Of a stretch of DNA of 64,000 bases, positions 26,357 through 34,985 are shown one piece after another. The notes under the pieces were generated by a model that saw nothing but the letters and a program-made list of their open reading frames with translations, was not told the DNA's origin and searched no databases. Source of the stretch: Candidatus Thorarchaeota archaeon (GTDB lineage Archaea; Asgardarchaeota; Thorarchaeia; Thorarchaeales; Thorarchaeaceae). The stretch lies in the NCBI GenBank assembly GCA_048882325.1, contig JBHLRS010000013.1, forward strand, positions 7,668-71,667, read 5' to 3'. The first letter of the stretch is position 1; every line of letters starts with the position of its first letter. The position numbers were made by a program, and so were the translations under genes.

Positions 26357-26857
26357 CTACACCTTGACATGGTGACTACCAGATCCGCATCCTACGCACT
26401 TCAGTCCTTCCTCAAGAGCTTCCGCGACGTGAGAATCACAGACAGGGCATTTCTGAACAATTAGGTTTTCCAGATTATGTGATCGAAGAACCTTCTCAAC
26501 ATCATCAAGTGTCTTATACTCGATGAGAACTTTACCATCCGCCCCACGAACCATCTTTGACAAGGTATTCATGTCACCGTTATAGAACATTAAAATCGGT
26601 TTCATCAACTCAATAGCAAGCATAATTTCCATCCCAACACCTAGTGAAGGATTAGAAACTTCTGCCAACAAAAAATCACTCATTCGAACATTATGGACAT
26701 CACGTAGGTAAATCTCTTGAGGTTCAGCAGGACCTAAGAATTGAGGTGCAAAAACTGTTAATCCAATGTTTTCAAGTATGGACACAACTCTGGTGCAGAA
26801 ATCATCCTTCCGCGATGCTTTAGAGATGATTGGTGCGGATAAGTAGACATGAACCAA
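26357..26857 (-). CDS. Nucleoside 2-deoxyribosyltransferase-like protein with C-terminal CxxC...CxxC zinc ribbon
   Basis: N-terminus VYLSAPII...VFAPQ resembles the NDT-like Rossmann family. The C-terminus has CPVCDSHV...CVGCGSG. The functional call is weak. Confidence 0.45.
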   Translation of the reverse strand: MVHVYLSAPIISKASRKDDFCTRVVSILENIGLTVFAPQFLGPAEPQEIYLRDVHNVRMSDFLLAEVSNPSLGVGMEIMLAIELMKPILMFYNGDMNTLSKMVRGADGKVLIEYKTLDDVEKVLRSHNLENLIVQKCPVCDSHVAEALEEGLKCVGCGSGSHHVKV

Positions 26858-26886
26858 TACTTAACCCCCAAAATGGCGTAGATTGA

Positions 26887-27243
26887 TTATTCCTCACCAG
26901 TAGATTCTGTTGCTGAACCAAGATCAGTAATGGATGGAACTGAACCATCGTCTACTAATATCTCGTATCTTCCAGATCGACCGAGAGAGAGTTGGACTTT
27001 GCCTCTCCATTCTTTTGCCCACCCATCAATAATCCTAATCACCTTCCCAGCAGAGAGATCAGTACCTTCATTGAAACCCCAGAGTGAGAGTATTGTAGAT
27101 CCAGTATCATCAGCCACAAGAACCTCAGTCAGTTGCGTCTTCCTTCCAGCGCGGGTGCTGATCATCTTTGGTGGGGCCATGGATACAATGCGAACGACTA
27201 AGTCGGTAACATTCTTTTCTGGTTCAACTTCTGCTAATTTCAA
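26887..27243 (-). CDS. ssb: Single-OB-fold ssDNA-binding protein (crenarchaeal-type SSB) with acidic tail
   Basis: VTDLVVRIVSMAPPKMISTRAGRKTQLTEVLVADDTGSTILSLWG...GKVIRIIDGWAKEWRGKVQLSLG parallels the Sulfolobus SSB pattern (VTVRVLE...ISEAIVGDETGRVKLTLWG...ENAWTTAFKGQVQLNAG). Acidic C-terminus. Confidence 0.8.
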   Translation of the reverse strand: MKLAEVEPEKNVTDLVVRIVSMAPPKMISTRAGRKTQLTEVLVADDTGSTILSLWGFNEGTDLSAGKVIRIIDGWAKEWRGKVQLSLGRSGRYEILVDDGSVPSITDLGSATESTGEE

Positions 27244-27301
27244 TAGGATTCCTCGGGTTTGCTGAACCTTACTTACAAATCAGTCTTTCCGCTTGTCACA
27301 A

Positions 27302-29056
27302 CTAGTCTTCTTTCGTTTCTTCCTCAGCTGAGTCAAGCAGTTTATCCAGTTCAGCTAAGGTTTCTCCGTTGAGTGGGAGATATGAATCGTGTTCATCCTC
27401 CTCGTTGACGTCGGTAATTCCAAACCCACCCACAGAGCGATCTAAAGGACCTAGGATAGTCTCTAATTCCTCAAGTGATTCTGCGTCTATCTCTTCGGTT
27501 TCTATGGATTCGTCTGCAACTGGCTTTGTTTCGTCACTCCCGATTGCTTGCAGTGCTGTGTCAATCTCCTCATCGGATGCTTGTTCAATTTCTGCTGCAA
27601 TAATATCATCAAAATCATCAGTTTCGAGGGCTTCAAAGATTATGTCCTTAGCCATTTTAATGGCATCTGTATTCTCTTCGACAACAAGTTCTGGACCAGC
27701 ATCAACAGTTGTTTCTGAAACATCAATCTCGGGCCCCACTGGTTCCGGTTCTGGTATTGGTTCAGGTTCCGAATCAACATCGATTTCAACGGCTATCTCA
27801 TCTCCAATGCCGACCTCATCCACTGAAACCTCAATCTCTTCTTCAACAATGGGTTCTTCGACTTCAGGTGCTTCTTCCTCAACCGCTTCGAGTTCCTCCT
27901 CTTCCTCTTCTTCCTCTACTTCTTCGATTTCTTCTTCTATAATTTCATACTCTTCAAGGTCTTCAATGATTCTACCTTCTTCATCTATATAGACTTCCTC
28001 ATATTCCTCCTCTTCTTCAACTTCAGAAACGGCAGTGGCTGCAGCTGCCTCTTCAGCAGCTAGCTCTTCCATTGCATCAACTTCAGCAATAGCTTCCTCA
28101 GTAGCAGTATCTGTGAATTTTAGGAGCTCAGCAGCGGGAAGATCAGGTAATGCAACTCCTACATATTGAGCAGCCGCGTTCATGAGAATGCGTAGCATCT
28201 CATCTCTACGGTCTTTATCAATAGCGACCATGGGGTAGGTTGGGATTCCAAGAATTTTCTGGACAACTTCTGGTTTCATTGCATTTGGCTTGTCTTGCTT
28301 GTTTGCCATGGCAAAAACAGGAACCTTTGGTGCATCCCTCTTAATCAGCTTCAGAATGTCCTTACTTATAATGACATTTCTCAGCGTTGAATCGCAAACC
28401 AGAAAGATGACATCAGCTCCATGAAAGTAGAATCGCCAGAGCGTTCTGAATCGTTCCTGACCTGCAAAGTCCCACAGAACTAAGGAATAGTTGCCAAACC
28501 GGATGTTTTCGACAGTTTCAAGGTTTAATGCAATTGTTGGTACATACTGAAGTGGTGGCGTATCACCTAGAAGCAGGTGAAGTGTAGTTGTCTTTCCTAC
28601 ACCTCCCTCTCCAACGAGAGCAATCTTGAGCCTAGTTGTCACCGAGGGCTCGATGAGAAATCTATAGTTCTTGATTGCACCTTCAATGCCATCCTTTTTG
28701 AACTTCCTTCGAAGAGCCTTCAAAGCAATATCGATCTTTTCGTAGGTGTTTCCTTCGTCTTCACCTTTATCAGTCACGAAGACAAGAGTTGAGTCTTCAA
28801 TCCAGTCCTTTCCAAGGAATTTGTGGTCACCTATAATCAGGGGTAACTCCTGTACTTGTCCGTGACCAGTTCTGAGTTCCTCTCTTGTTGAGATGAACTC
28901 CATCAGTGCTTCGTTGCTCACTTCTACTGGCCAGTACTGTGTCGATGCGATTATCTGTTGTGTGGAAATGCGGACAAGGAAAGTATTGTGGATCACTTCA
29001 GCATCACCGGATTCATTCACTTCAAGAGGGTAGTACACTAATGCGCTTTTTATCAC
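27302..29056 (-). CDS. Multidomain Arf/Rab-like small GTPase: about 140-aa N-terminal alpha/beta domain + GTPase + about 270-aa acidic disordered tail
   Basis: KIALVGEGGVGKTT, WDFAGQERF, ANKQDKPNA. The C-terminal half is dominated by E/D (EEEEEYEEVYIDEEG..., EEVEEEEEEEELEAVEEE). Confidence 0.85.
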   Translation of the reverse strand: MIKSALVYYPLEVNESGDAEVIHNTFLVRISTQQIIASTQYWPVEVSNEALMEFISTREELRTGHGQVQELPLIIGDHKFLGKDWIEDSTLVFVTDKGEDEGNTYEKIDIALKALRRKFKKDGIEGAIKNYRFLIEPSVTTRLKIALVGEGGVGKTTTLHLLLGDTPPLQYVPTIALNLETVENIRFGNYSLVLWDFAGQERFRTLWRFYFHGADVIFLVCDSTLRNVIISKDILKLIKRDAPKVPVFAMANKQDKPNAMKPEVVQKILGIPTYPMVAIDKDRRDEMLRILMNAAAQYVGVALPDLPAAELLKFTDTATEEAIAEVDAMEELAAEEAAAATAVSEVEEEEEYEEVYIDEEGRIIEDLEEYEIIEEEIEEVEEEEEEEELEAVEEEAPEVEEPIVEEEIEVSVDEVGIGDEIAVEIDVDSEPEPIPEPEPVGPEIDVSETTVDAGPELVVEENTDAIKMAKDIIFEALETDDFDDIIAAEIEQASDEEIDTALQAIGSDETKPVADESIETEEIDAESLEELETILGPLDRSVGGFGITDVNEEDEHDSYLPLNGETLAELDKLLDSAEEETKED

Positions 29057-29145
29057 TAAGTTATCCCTTAGGGCATAGATTAAGCTGTCCTGTGTGTATA
29101 TTTTGATATTCTGTGTATCTACTCATGATAACAATAGCAAAAATG

Positions 29146-29345
29146 TTGGAGCGGCGGGTCCGCCGAGGCGAACCTTCCGCATCCGTGGAGCTCTTCTTGG
29201 CAGGATGCATGGTAAAATCAAATTACATGCGCAAGACTGCCCCGAAGGGCAATAGGGACCTAGAACTCACTTTGGGACCGTGTTTGCTGCGAGTTCCTGA
29301 CGGGGGAAGCCATGCAACCCTGTCATGAAGATTCACAAGCCCGAA
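29146..29345. ncRNA. Candidate structured RNA of unknown class (GC-rich stem-loop array in a 450-nt intergenic spacer)
   Basis: Hairpins seen by eye: CGGCG-GGUC-CGCCG (29152-29165), GCAUCC...GGAUGC (29179-29208), UGCCC-CGAA-GGGCA (29238-29251; reads C(UUCG)G on the minus strand), GAACUC...GAGUUC, and GACGGGG...CCCUGUC (29299-29324). Clearly more GC-rich than the flanks. The only ORF here (29113-29328) is not protein-like. Strand and family are unresolved. Confidence 0.3.
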
Positions 29346-29503
29346 ACGCAAAGTAACATAAGAAGCTTTCTAGGTTTTTCTTGAGCACTCCCAAATCGAT
29401 TTTCTATGAAGTATTCGCAGTAATATCGGGGTCATATTGGGGAAATCGCAGGAACTCTGGAGTCCAATATATCATGTTCAGGATGCAATATGAGGATCTT
29501 CGT

Positions 29504-30643
29504 CTACCTGGGAAAGTTGTCTCTGAGTAGCCGAAGATGATGGTGAACCATTTCCATTTGCTTAGGATCATCCGGAGTCTTCTCAAGATCAGTCACTAGA
29601 GTCTGCAAAAAGTACTCTGGGAAGAAGAGCCTGACACGAATGTCATTCAGAAGGAACAACCATTTGTCATACTCACCAGATGCACCCTTACGCCGTTTCT
29701 CAGAGATTATCCTGAATTTCTTTAAGGTCTGGATGGCAGTCTTTAGCTCCTTAGGTGGAATTGCAAGAGTGGCTTCCAATTCAGAAATGTTAACAGGTCT
29801 TCTCCTGAGTTCACTTAATGTATCATAGCAGTCTGGATCAGCTAAAACTTGGGCAACAGATACGGTATCCTCAGGAGTCTTTTGCCACTCTGTTAAGAAC
29901 TCTAGCACTTCTGACTTGTATTCAGCAGCGAGCTCCGGGTCCAAAACACTACCTGCCGATTCCATTGCTACCAAAGGTGGTGCACGGAAAACTTCGAGGT
30001 CTTTTATCATGAAAACACAAGTTCGACCAATTTCGTCAACCCACTCGGTCTTCACGAGTCCTAGCTCTTCAAATGGAGCAACTACAGAATCGACACTCAC
30101 ACTAGGCAAGCCTGTGACCATTTTAAGCCACTCTTCAAGCTCTTCTTTGGAGATACCTCCCTTCCAGAGCTTTGGAAACACAGCTCGTGATACTTCATCT
30201 GAGAATAGTCGTGCTAGACGTGACTCATCAGTCATTCCTGCAAGTCGGATGATTCTACGATATGTGTTGTCGAGCTCGGTCTGCAATTCCGCATCAGTCA
30301 TGGATACAACCGCGTTCGTGAGGGGGGTAACCACTGAAGTGATCGCAGCCTCGTATGTCTTGGGATCCTCAGAGGGTGTGAGAAGTAGAGAAACACAGTA
30401 CTGCTCCTCTTCTCGAACAATACCAGTGTAGTATGAAGCAACACCATATTCTTCTCCTCCAATTCTAACACTTAGTGATGAGAATCCTGCAGTTGCGTCA
30501 CCCATGGCATGTGACGTAAAGATACGCATAATTTCTGTATTGAGGTCCTCTCTGTAGTAGTCAGCAAAGTCAGCAGGCACTTTAGCCTTTAAGACAGCAC
30601 CAATCTTTGAGTCCCAATCTATCAGCAGCATCGCTACGGGCAT
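29504..30643 (-). CDS. Hypothetical protein: possible longin/roadblock-like N-terminal domain plus winged-helix-like repeats
   Basis: 379 aa. The N-terminus MLLIDWDSKIGAVLKAKVP...IMRIFTSH...SSLSVRIGGEEYGVASYY...YCVSLLLTP has a beta-beta-alpha-beta-beta-beta pattern. Located directly upstream of, and codirectional with, the multidomain GTPase. Confidence 0.6.
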   Translation of the reverse strand: MPVAMLLIDWDSKIGAVLKAKVPADFADYYREDLNTEIMRIFTSHAMGDATAGFSSLSVRIGGEEYGVASYYTGIVREEEQYCVSLLLTPSEDPKTYEAAITSVVTPLTNAVVSMTDAELQTELDNTYRRIIRLAGMTDESRLARLFSDEVSRAVFPKLWKGGISKEELEEWLKMVTGLPSVSVDSVVAPFEELGLVKTEWVDEIGRTCVFMIKDLEVFRAPPLVAMESAGSVLDPELAAEYKSEVLEFLTEWQKTPEDTVSVAQVLADPDCYDTLSELRRRPVNISELEATLAIPPKELKTAIQTLKKFRIISEKRRKGASGEYDKWLFLLNDIRVRLFFPEYFLQTLVTDLEKTPDDPKQMEMVHHHLRLLRDNFPR

Positions 30644-30797
30644 TTTACTTATCTCCCAGTCCCTGGAGTTAGGTAGTATAAAGCCAGACTAATTTACGTT
30701 GCATGGTGCCAGCCTAAAAAACCTTGTCTTATTTGGACCCGACTATTTGAAATATCGAATTGTTCAGCGCTTTTTAGATACCCACCTTAGAATACTC

Positions 30798-31466
30798 CTA
30801 TTCATTCATAATCAAGACATCTGTAATAATGTCGAAAATCTCATCCACAACCTGGTTTAATGGGTTCTTGGAATCAATTATTCTGAAATTCCCTGTGTCT
30901 TTTTCTACCATCTCTAGATAGTTTTGACGTACTCTCACAAGTCTATCAATTTTTTCAAACTGCAGATTGGCTTTTCCTGTTCTCCCAGTTGCACGTTCAA
31001 GACCAATCTCAGCAGGAACATCAAGTATGAACACAATATCAGGTTCTGGTGCAGAAAGCTGTTCACGATTTATCCTGAGGATTTCACTCCAGTGGAGGTC
31101 CACAACTGTTGATTGGTAGGCACCTGAAGCAAAAAAGTAGCGATCCATAAGGACAACCTTGCCAGCCTGTAGAGCAGGCAGAATCCTATTGGCTATGTGC
31201 CATTCCCGATCTTTGGTATAAAGGTCAAGTTCTTCCTCCGGACTAAGTTCACCAGCAGGAGTTTTCTCCTTGATTTCTTTACCCCATGGACTCTCATGAG
31301 TTGGCTCTCTGAGCTGGACGACTTCGTAGCCCAAGGACTGCAGTCTATTCAATAAGTCTTGGCACGCACAGGTCTTACCTGACCCATCTATCCCCTCCAG
31401 GACAAAGAGAAAACCAGTGTATTCCTTTTGAGTGGTATCCGTCAAGTAGGAGTTCTCCTTTCGCAC
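30798..31466 (-). CDS. tmk: Thymidylate kinase
   Basis: FVLEGIDGSGKT P-loop, DRYFFASGAYQ (DRY motif region) and a lid region. Confidence 0.9.
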   Translation of the reverse strand: MRKENSYLTDTTQKEYTGFLFVLEGIDGSGKTCACQDLLNRLQSLGYEVVQLREPTHESPWGKEIKEKTPAGELSPEEELDLYTKDREWHIANRILPALQAGKVVLMDRYFFASGAYQSTVVDLHWSEILRINREQLSAPEPDIVFILDVPAEIGLERATGRTGKANLQFEKIDRLVRVRQNYLEMVEKDTGNFRIIDSKNPLNQVVDEIFDIITDVLIMNE

Positions 31467-31580
31467 GAACGAGATTTCTCATTCCTGAACTTGTATTAGA
31501 TGCTTCGGTTTGTTCACGAAAAGAAAAGGTTAAAATAACGAGTGTCGTAGGATATGTTAACCTACCATAGGATGTGAGAT

Positions 31581-32078
31581 GTGCTGAACCGACGAGGAAG
31601 CTTCCTCATACTGATGCTGGCTCTGATGTTTGTGATCAATTGCACAAGCACAACAGCTGCAGAGTCAGGAAATGAGTACATCCTAGCGGCAGAGGGAATA
31701 ACGCTCACCATAGACTTTGGGAATGGAACAATAAGAGAGTACAATGACCTCAATGGATCTACAGTTCTTGAGGTGACATCATCAGTTCTTGATGTAGAAG
31801 TTCAATGGTTTGGTCCGTTGGTATATATTCGAGGAATTGAAGGATTTGTAGGTGAAGGAACAGAAGGGTGGGAATTTTGGGTGAACGGTGAGTTTGCATC
31901 AATTGCTGTCAATCTTTATTCCTTAGAAAATGGTGATTCAATATTGTGGAAATACACAAGTCCTGAACCACAGACGCAATATGATCCCACTTTCATTCCT
32001 GGAGTTATCATTGTATCATTATCTGGTCTGGGATTCATCGCAATAGTCTATGTTCAAACCTCAAGGAGAATCGTTTAG
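31581..32078 (+). CDS. Secreted DUF4430 (transcobalamin-like) domain protein with C-terminal TM anchor
   Basis: Signal peptide followed by GSTVLEVT...YIRGIEGFVGEGTEGWEFWVNGEFASIAVNLYSLENGDSILWKY, which is the DUF4430 pattern. TM at the C-terminus. Confidence 0.7.
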   Translation: MLNRRGSFLILMLALMFVINCTSTTAAESGNEYILAAEGITLTIDFGNGTIREYNDLNGSTVLEVTSSVLDVEVQWFGPLVYIRGIEGFVGEGTEGWEFWVNGEFASIAVNLYSLENGDSILWKYTSPEPQTQYDPTFIPGVIIVSLSGLGFIAIVYVQTSRRIV

Positions 32079-32079
32079 A

Positions 32080-32817
32080 ATGAAGAAAGAGATTGCACTG
32101 GCACTAATTATAGCAATATTCATGTTGCCTGTTAATAGCGTGGCTCAAAACAGCTCCTACTACCCATTCTGGGATTATAGCATAGACTGGGATGTCAGCA
32201 TAGCGTCTGACTTCACCATGTGGTACACTGAAGGAGGATACTGTCATGTAGTGAATGATAGTATAATGTCCTTCTCTGTAAACAGTATCGACAACGAAGT
32301 CTCTGGAACGTTGGAGATAGGCAATGTCACGGTAGCCACAAATGACACAATGGTGGCTCTTGATCTGACATTGGGAATCTGGCCATCATGGTTGACCGGC
32401 CTTTTTGTAGAAATTGGTCAAGAGAAAATAGATAGTCTGAACGAAACTGCATATGCAGCTGCAGAAAGGGTATCTGGAAATTGGATGAATGGTACAATGT
32501 CCTCTCGCTATGAAGACATTGTCGTTAATCAAGAAACGTACAGTTGCATTGTATTTGACTATGAACAAGACCCTCCTGGAACACAGGTGACTCATTTAGC
32601 ATATTCAACAGCAACGGGATTGCTTGTTGAGGCTGATACAAGTGTAACATTTGGCAGCACATTTAGGCTTGTTTTTTCATTGCGAGAGGTGAGGACACCT
32701 CCACCAGTAGATTTTACCGTGAATCCGCTTCTAATGCTCGCTTGGTATGGTATTATTGGCGGGGGAGTACTTGCTGTAATTGTACTAGTATACATCGTTC
32801 TGAATAAACGGCAATGA
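32080..32817 (+). CDS. Hypothetical secreted protein with C-terminal TM anchor
   Basis: ATG 32080 (MKKEIALALIIAIFMLP signal peptide) lies 2 nt after the previous stop. C-terminal TM LLMLAWYGIIGGGVLAVIVLVYIVL. Confidence 0.65.
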   Translation: MKKEIALALIIAIFMLPVNSVAQNSSYYPFWDYSIDWDVSIASDFTMWYTEGGYCHVVNDSIMSFSVNSIDNEVSGTLEIGNVTVATNDTMVALDLTLGIWPSWLTGLFVEIGQEKIDSLNETAYAAAERVSGNWMNGTMSSRYEDIVVNQETYSCIVFDYEQDPPGTQVTHLAYSTATGLLVEADTSVTFGSTFRLVFSLREVRTPPPVDFTVNPLLMLAWYGIIGGGVLAVIVLVYIVLNKRQ

Positions 32818-32836
32818 AACTAGAGGTGTAGACTGT

Positions 32837-33439
32837 TTGGGGACTACTAAGGCAGTCAGGCAAATGAAAGATAGTAGGTGGGTTTCCATTGCAGCTATCA
32901 TGACTGCTCTTGCTTTGGTTGGAAATTACGCACTAGTGGCAATTCCTAACTTAGAGTTAGGTTCAACTGTCCTGTTCGTCACAGCATACATCTTTGGTGC
33001 ACACATGGCTATCTGGGTAACTCTCATTATGTCCCTCCTGTTTGGAATCATCAATCCGTGGGGAGGATTCATCCCTCAAATCTGGTTATCACAGGTTATC
33101 GGGTGGTTTTACATCATCGCTGTGGGATCAATCATGGGAAGACAAGGTAGAGATGGGAAAAGCCTAGAACCTCGAAAGTGGGAGTTAGCAATAACTGGAG
33201 CTTTTGTCACATTCATCTTTGAGCAAGTAACGAACCTAGGATACTCGGCCACATTTGGAGTCCCATTCCTGTTAGCAGTTTCTGCAGCCATTCCCTTCTC
33301 TGTTGTTCATATCTTGTCGAATGCCATCATTTTCTCTCAGGTCGTACCAATGTTGAATAAGGTTCTGAGAGATCAGCTCAAAGACCTTATCTGGAGTGCT
33401 GAATCTGGAGTAAGAGTCGAGAAGTTGGAGAGTGCATGA
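32837..33439 (+). CDS. ECF-transporter S-component-like membrane protein
   Basis: About 6 TM segments. The N-terminal pattern VSIAAIMTALALVGNYALVAIP resembles ECF substrate-capture subunits, and the gene sits beside a DUF4430 gene. The start may be ATG 32864. Confidence 0.45.
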   Translation: MGTTKAVRQMKDSRWVSIAAIMTALALVGNYALVAIPNLELGSTVLFVTAYIFGAHMAIWVTLIMSLLFGIINPWGGFIPQIWLSQVIGWFYIIAVGSIMGRQGRDGKSLEPRKWELAITGAFVTFIFEQVTNLGYSATFGVPFLLAVSAAIPFSVVHILSNAIIFSQVVPMLNKVLRDQLKDLIWSAESGVRVEKLESA

Positions 33440-34079
33440 TTTGACATGGAAGGATGAGTTCATCAAACTCTCTGAACCCGCCGACGGACGCGTAGCACCA
33501 TCGTTCAAGCCGCATCATGCGGCTGTTGGGTTAATCATGATAGGGAGAGAACAACCTCTTGGCAGGTATGAACTCTGTGATAAGATGTCAATCGGGGAGG
33601 GTAGCGTGAGGACACTTCTGAAGAGGCTTTCAGATGCAGATTTCATTGAGCCTGAGGGAAAACAGGGACAGAAGCTAACATCTAAGGGTAAGGAGCTGTT
33701 TGATGATGTGTCACATGATGTTCCTATCGGTCTCATGCTCGATGTTCGTCAGCTCGTGATGTATGAATACGCTTATGCTAATCTTGTACGTGATAGAGCA
33801 TCTCAGGTGACGGATGGCGTTCGTCAAAGAGATGAGGCCATAATTCAGGGAGGCTACGGAAAGGCAGGAGCCACGACCTTGATTCAGCGTAACATTCGCC
33901 TTGTCATGCCTCCAGATGACTTTCACATCCTTGTTGCTTATGAGGCTGAAACACTATTAATTATTGAGAGCCTGCGGCCAAAGAACAATGACGTAGTTGT
34001 TATCGGTTCTGCAGACGACCCCAATCTAGCTAGGGAGGTCTCTATGGCTGCAGTCATGACGCTCTTCGAAGAGGGTTAG
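33432..34079 (+). CDS. Winged-helix DNA-binding-like protein with uncharacterised C-terminal domain (possibly DUF4443-like)
   Basis: PLGRYELCDKMSIGEGSVRTLLKRLSDADFIEPEGKQGQKLTSKG is a wHTH pattern. The remaining about 110 aa are unassigned. Confidence 0.55.
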   Translation: MHDLTWKDEFIKLSEPADGRVAPSFKPHHAAVGLIMIGREQPLGRYELCDKMSIGEGSVRTLLKRLSDADFIEPEGKQGQKLTSKGKELFDDVSHDVPIGLMLDVRQLVMYEYAYANLVRDRASQVTDGVRQRDEAIIQGGYGKAGATTLIQRNIRLVMPPDDFHILVAYEAETLLIIESLRPKNNDVVVIGSADDPNLAREVSMAAVMTLFEEG

Positions 34080-34081
34080 GG

Positions 34082-34918
34082 ATGCAATCGGACCTGTTTG
34101 GAAATGTACCGGAGATCGTTATCGACGTCCATGAAACAGGCGGAAAAGGCAAGAATGCTGTTAAGCATCTTATGGACATGCTCGATAAGGCACAAATCAC
34201 GTTTTCAGTGCAGAAAATACCAATTGGTGATGTTCTGGGTATTGATGGTATAGCAATTGAGAGAAAGACCGTCAATGATCTCGTAAATACGCTAAAGGGA
34301 AGTGCTGCTGGTGTGCCACGACTCACAAAACAGCTGGATGCTTTGCTGGAGTACGACAAACCGTATGTCCTCATTGAGAATATACTGGCTATCAGACGAG
34401 ATCCCGTGAAAGGTTGCATCTACATCCCATTCTCTACAAAGCAGACCAAAGGCAAACCATATTTTGTGACTATGGAACGTGCCAGCTTTATTCATCCCAA
34501 CTCTTTAGATGCTTTGATTGAAAGTATCACTGATAGAGGTATTGAGGTTCTCAGAGGATTCAATGCTTTACATTCAGCGGGTCTTCTATATGGAGTTCTA
34601 GTGGGTGATGATGCTGATAAGAGAAAACAGAAGGGACAAAGACTTCCTGTCATCCGAACTCGAAAGGGACTTGACTCAATGAATGATGAACAGGAATTCT
34701 TTCTGGCTGGTTTTCCTGGTGTAAATGTTGTCCGTGCTAAGAGCCTTCTAGAGCGTTTTGGATCGCCCCAAGAAGCCATAATGCGGATTGATGACTGGGG
34801 GCAAATCCCCGGTATAGGCCCCAAGACTATTGCCTCGGCTAAAAGGCTACTCTACTCAGATTATGAAATCACTGAGTCAGAACCCGACGAAGGTGAAGAA
34901 ATGGCTTCTGACTCCTAG
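34082..34918 (+). CDS. ERCC4-type structure-specific nuclease (short archaeal XPF/Mus81-like) with C-terminal HhH2
   Basis: Nuclease motif IPIGDVLGIDGIAIERKTVNDL (GDx(n)ERKxxxDL). HhH region FLAGFPGVNVVRAKSLLERFGS...IPGIGPKTIASAKRLL. Acidic tail. Confidence 0.85.
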   Translation: MQSDLFGNVPEIVIDVHETGGKGKNAVKHLMDMLDKAQITFSVQKIPIGDVLGIDGIAIERKTVNDLVNTLKGSAAGVPRLTKQLDALLEYDKPYVLIENILAIRRDPVKGCIYIPFSTKQTKGKPYFVTMERASFIHPNSLDALIESITDRGIEVLRGFNALHSAGLLYGVLVGDDADKRKQKGQRLPVIRTRKGLDSMNDEQEFFLAGFPGVNVVRAKSLLERFGSPQEAIMRIDDWGQIPGIGPKTIASAKRLLYSDYEITESEPDEGEEMASDS

Positions 34919-34985
34919 GATTGCCAGCTCACAAGTTTTAAAAGAACTAACTATTCTATGGCTGTAGAATACTCAGAAAGGTGAG

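Noticed and set aside
27369-27992. 207-aa and 77-aa plus-strand ORFs rich in Ser inside the GTPase acidic tail
   Set aside because: They are antisense readings of GAA/GAG-rich (Glu) codons, which necessarily give long open Ser/Leu-rich frames. This is an artefact of low-complexity sequence.
29113-29328. 71-aa plus-strand ORF in the long spacer; also tested the spacer as RNase P RNA, SRP RNA, 5S rRNA, intron-containing tRNA, or cobalamin/TPP riboswitch
   Set aside because: The ORF is Arg/Leu/Gly-rich because of GC-rich hairpins and has no start context. None of the universal motifs was found (GAGGAAAGUCC, SRP helix-8 GNRA plus AGCA, T-loop, B12 box, CUGAGA). The RNA class is left open.
29916-30431. 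171-aa plus-strand ORF inside CDS 29504-30643
   Set aside because: It is an antisense shadow with a Ser/Thr-rich translation. The minus-strand frame is longer and protein-like.
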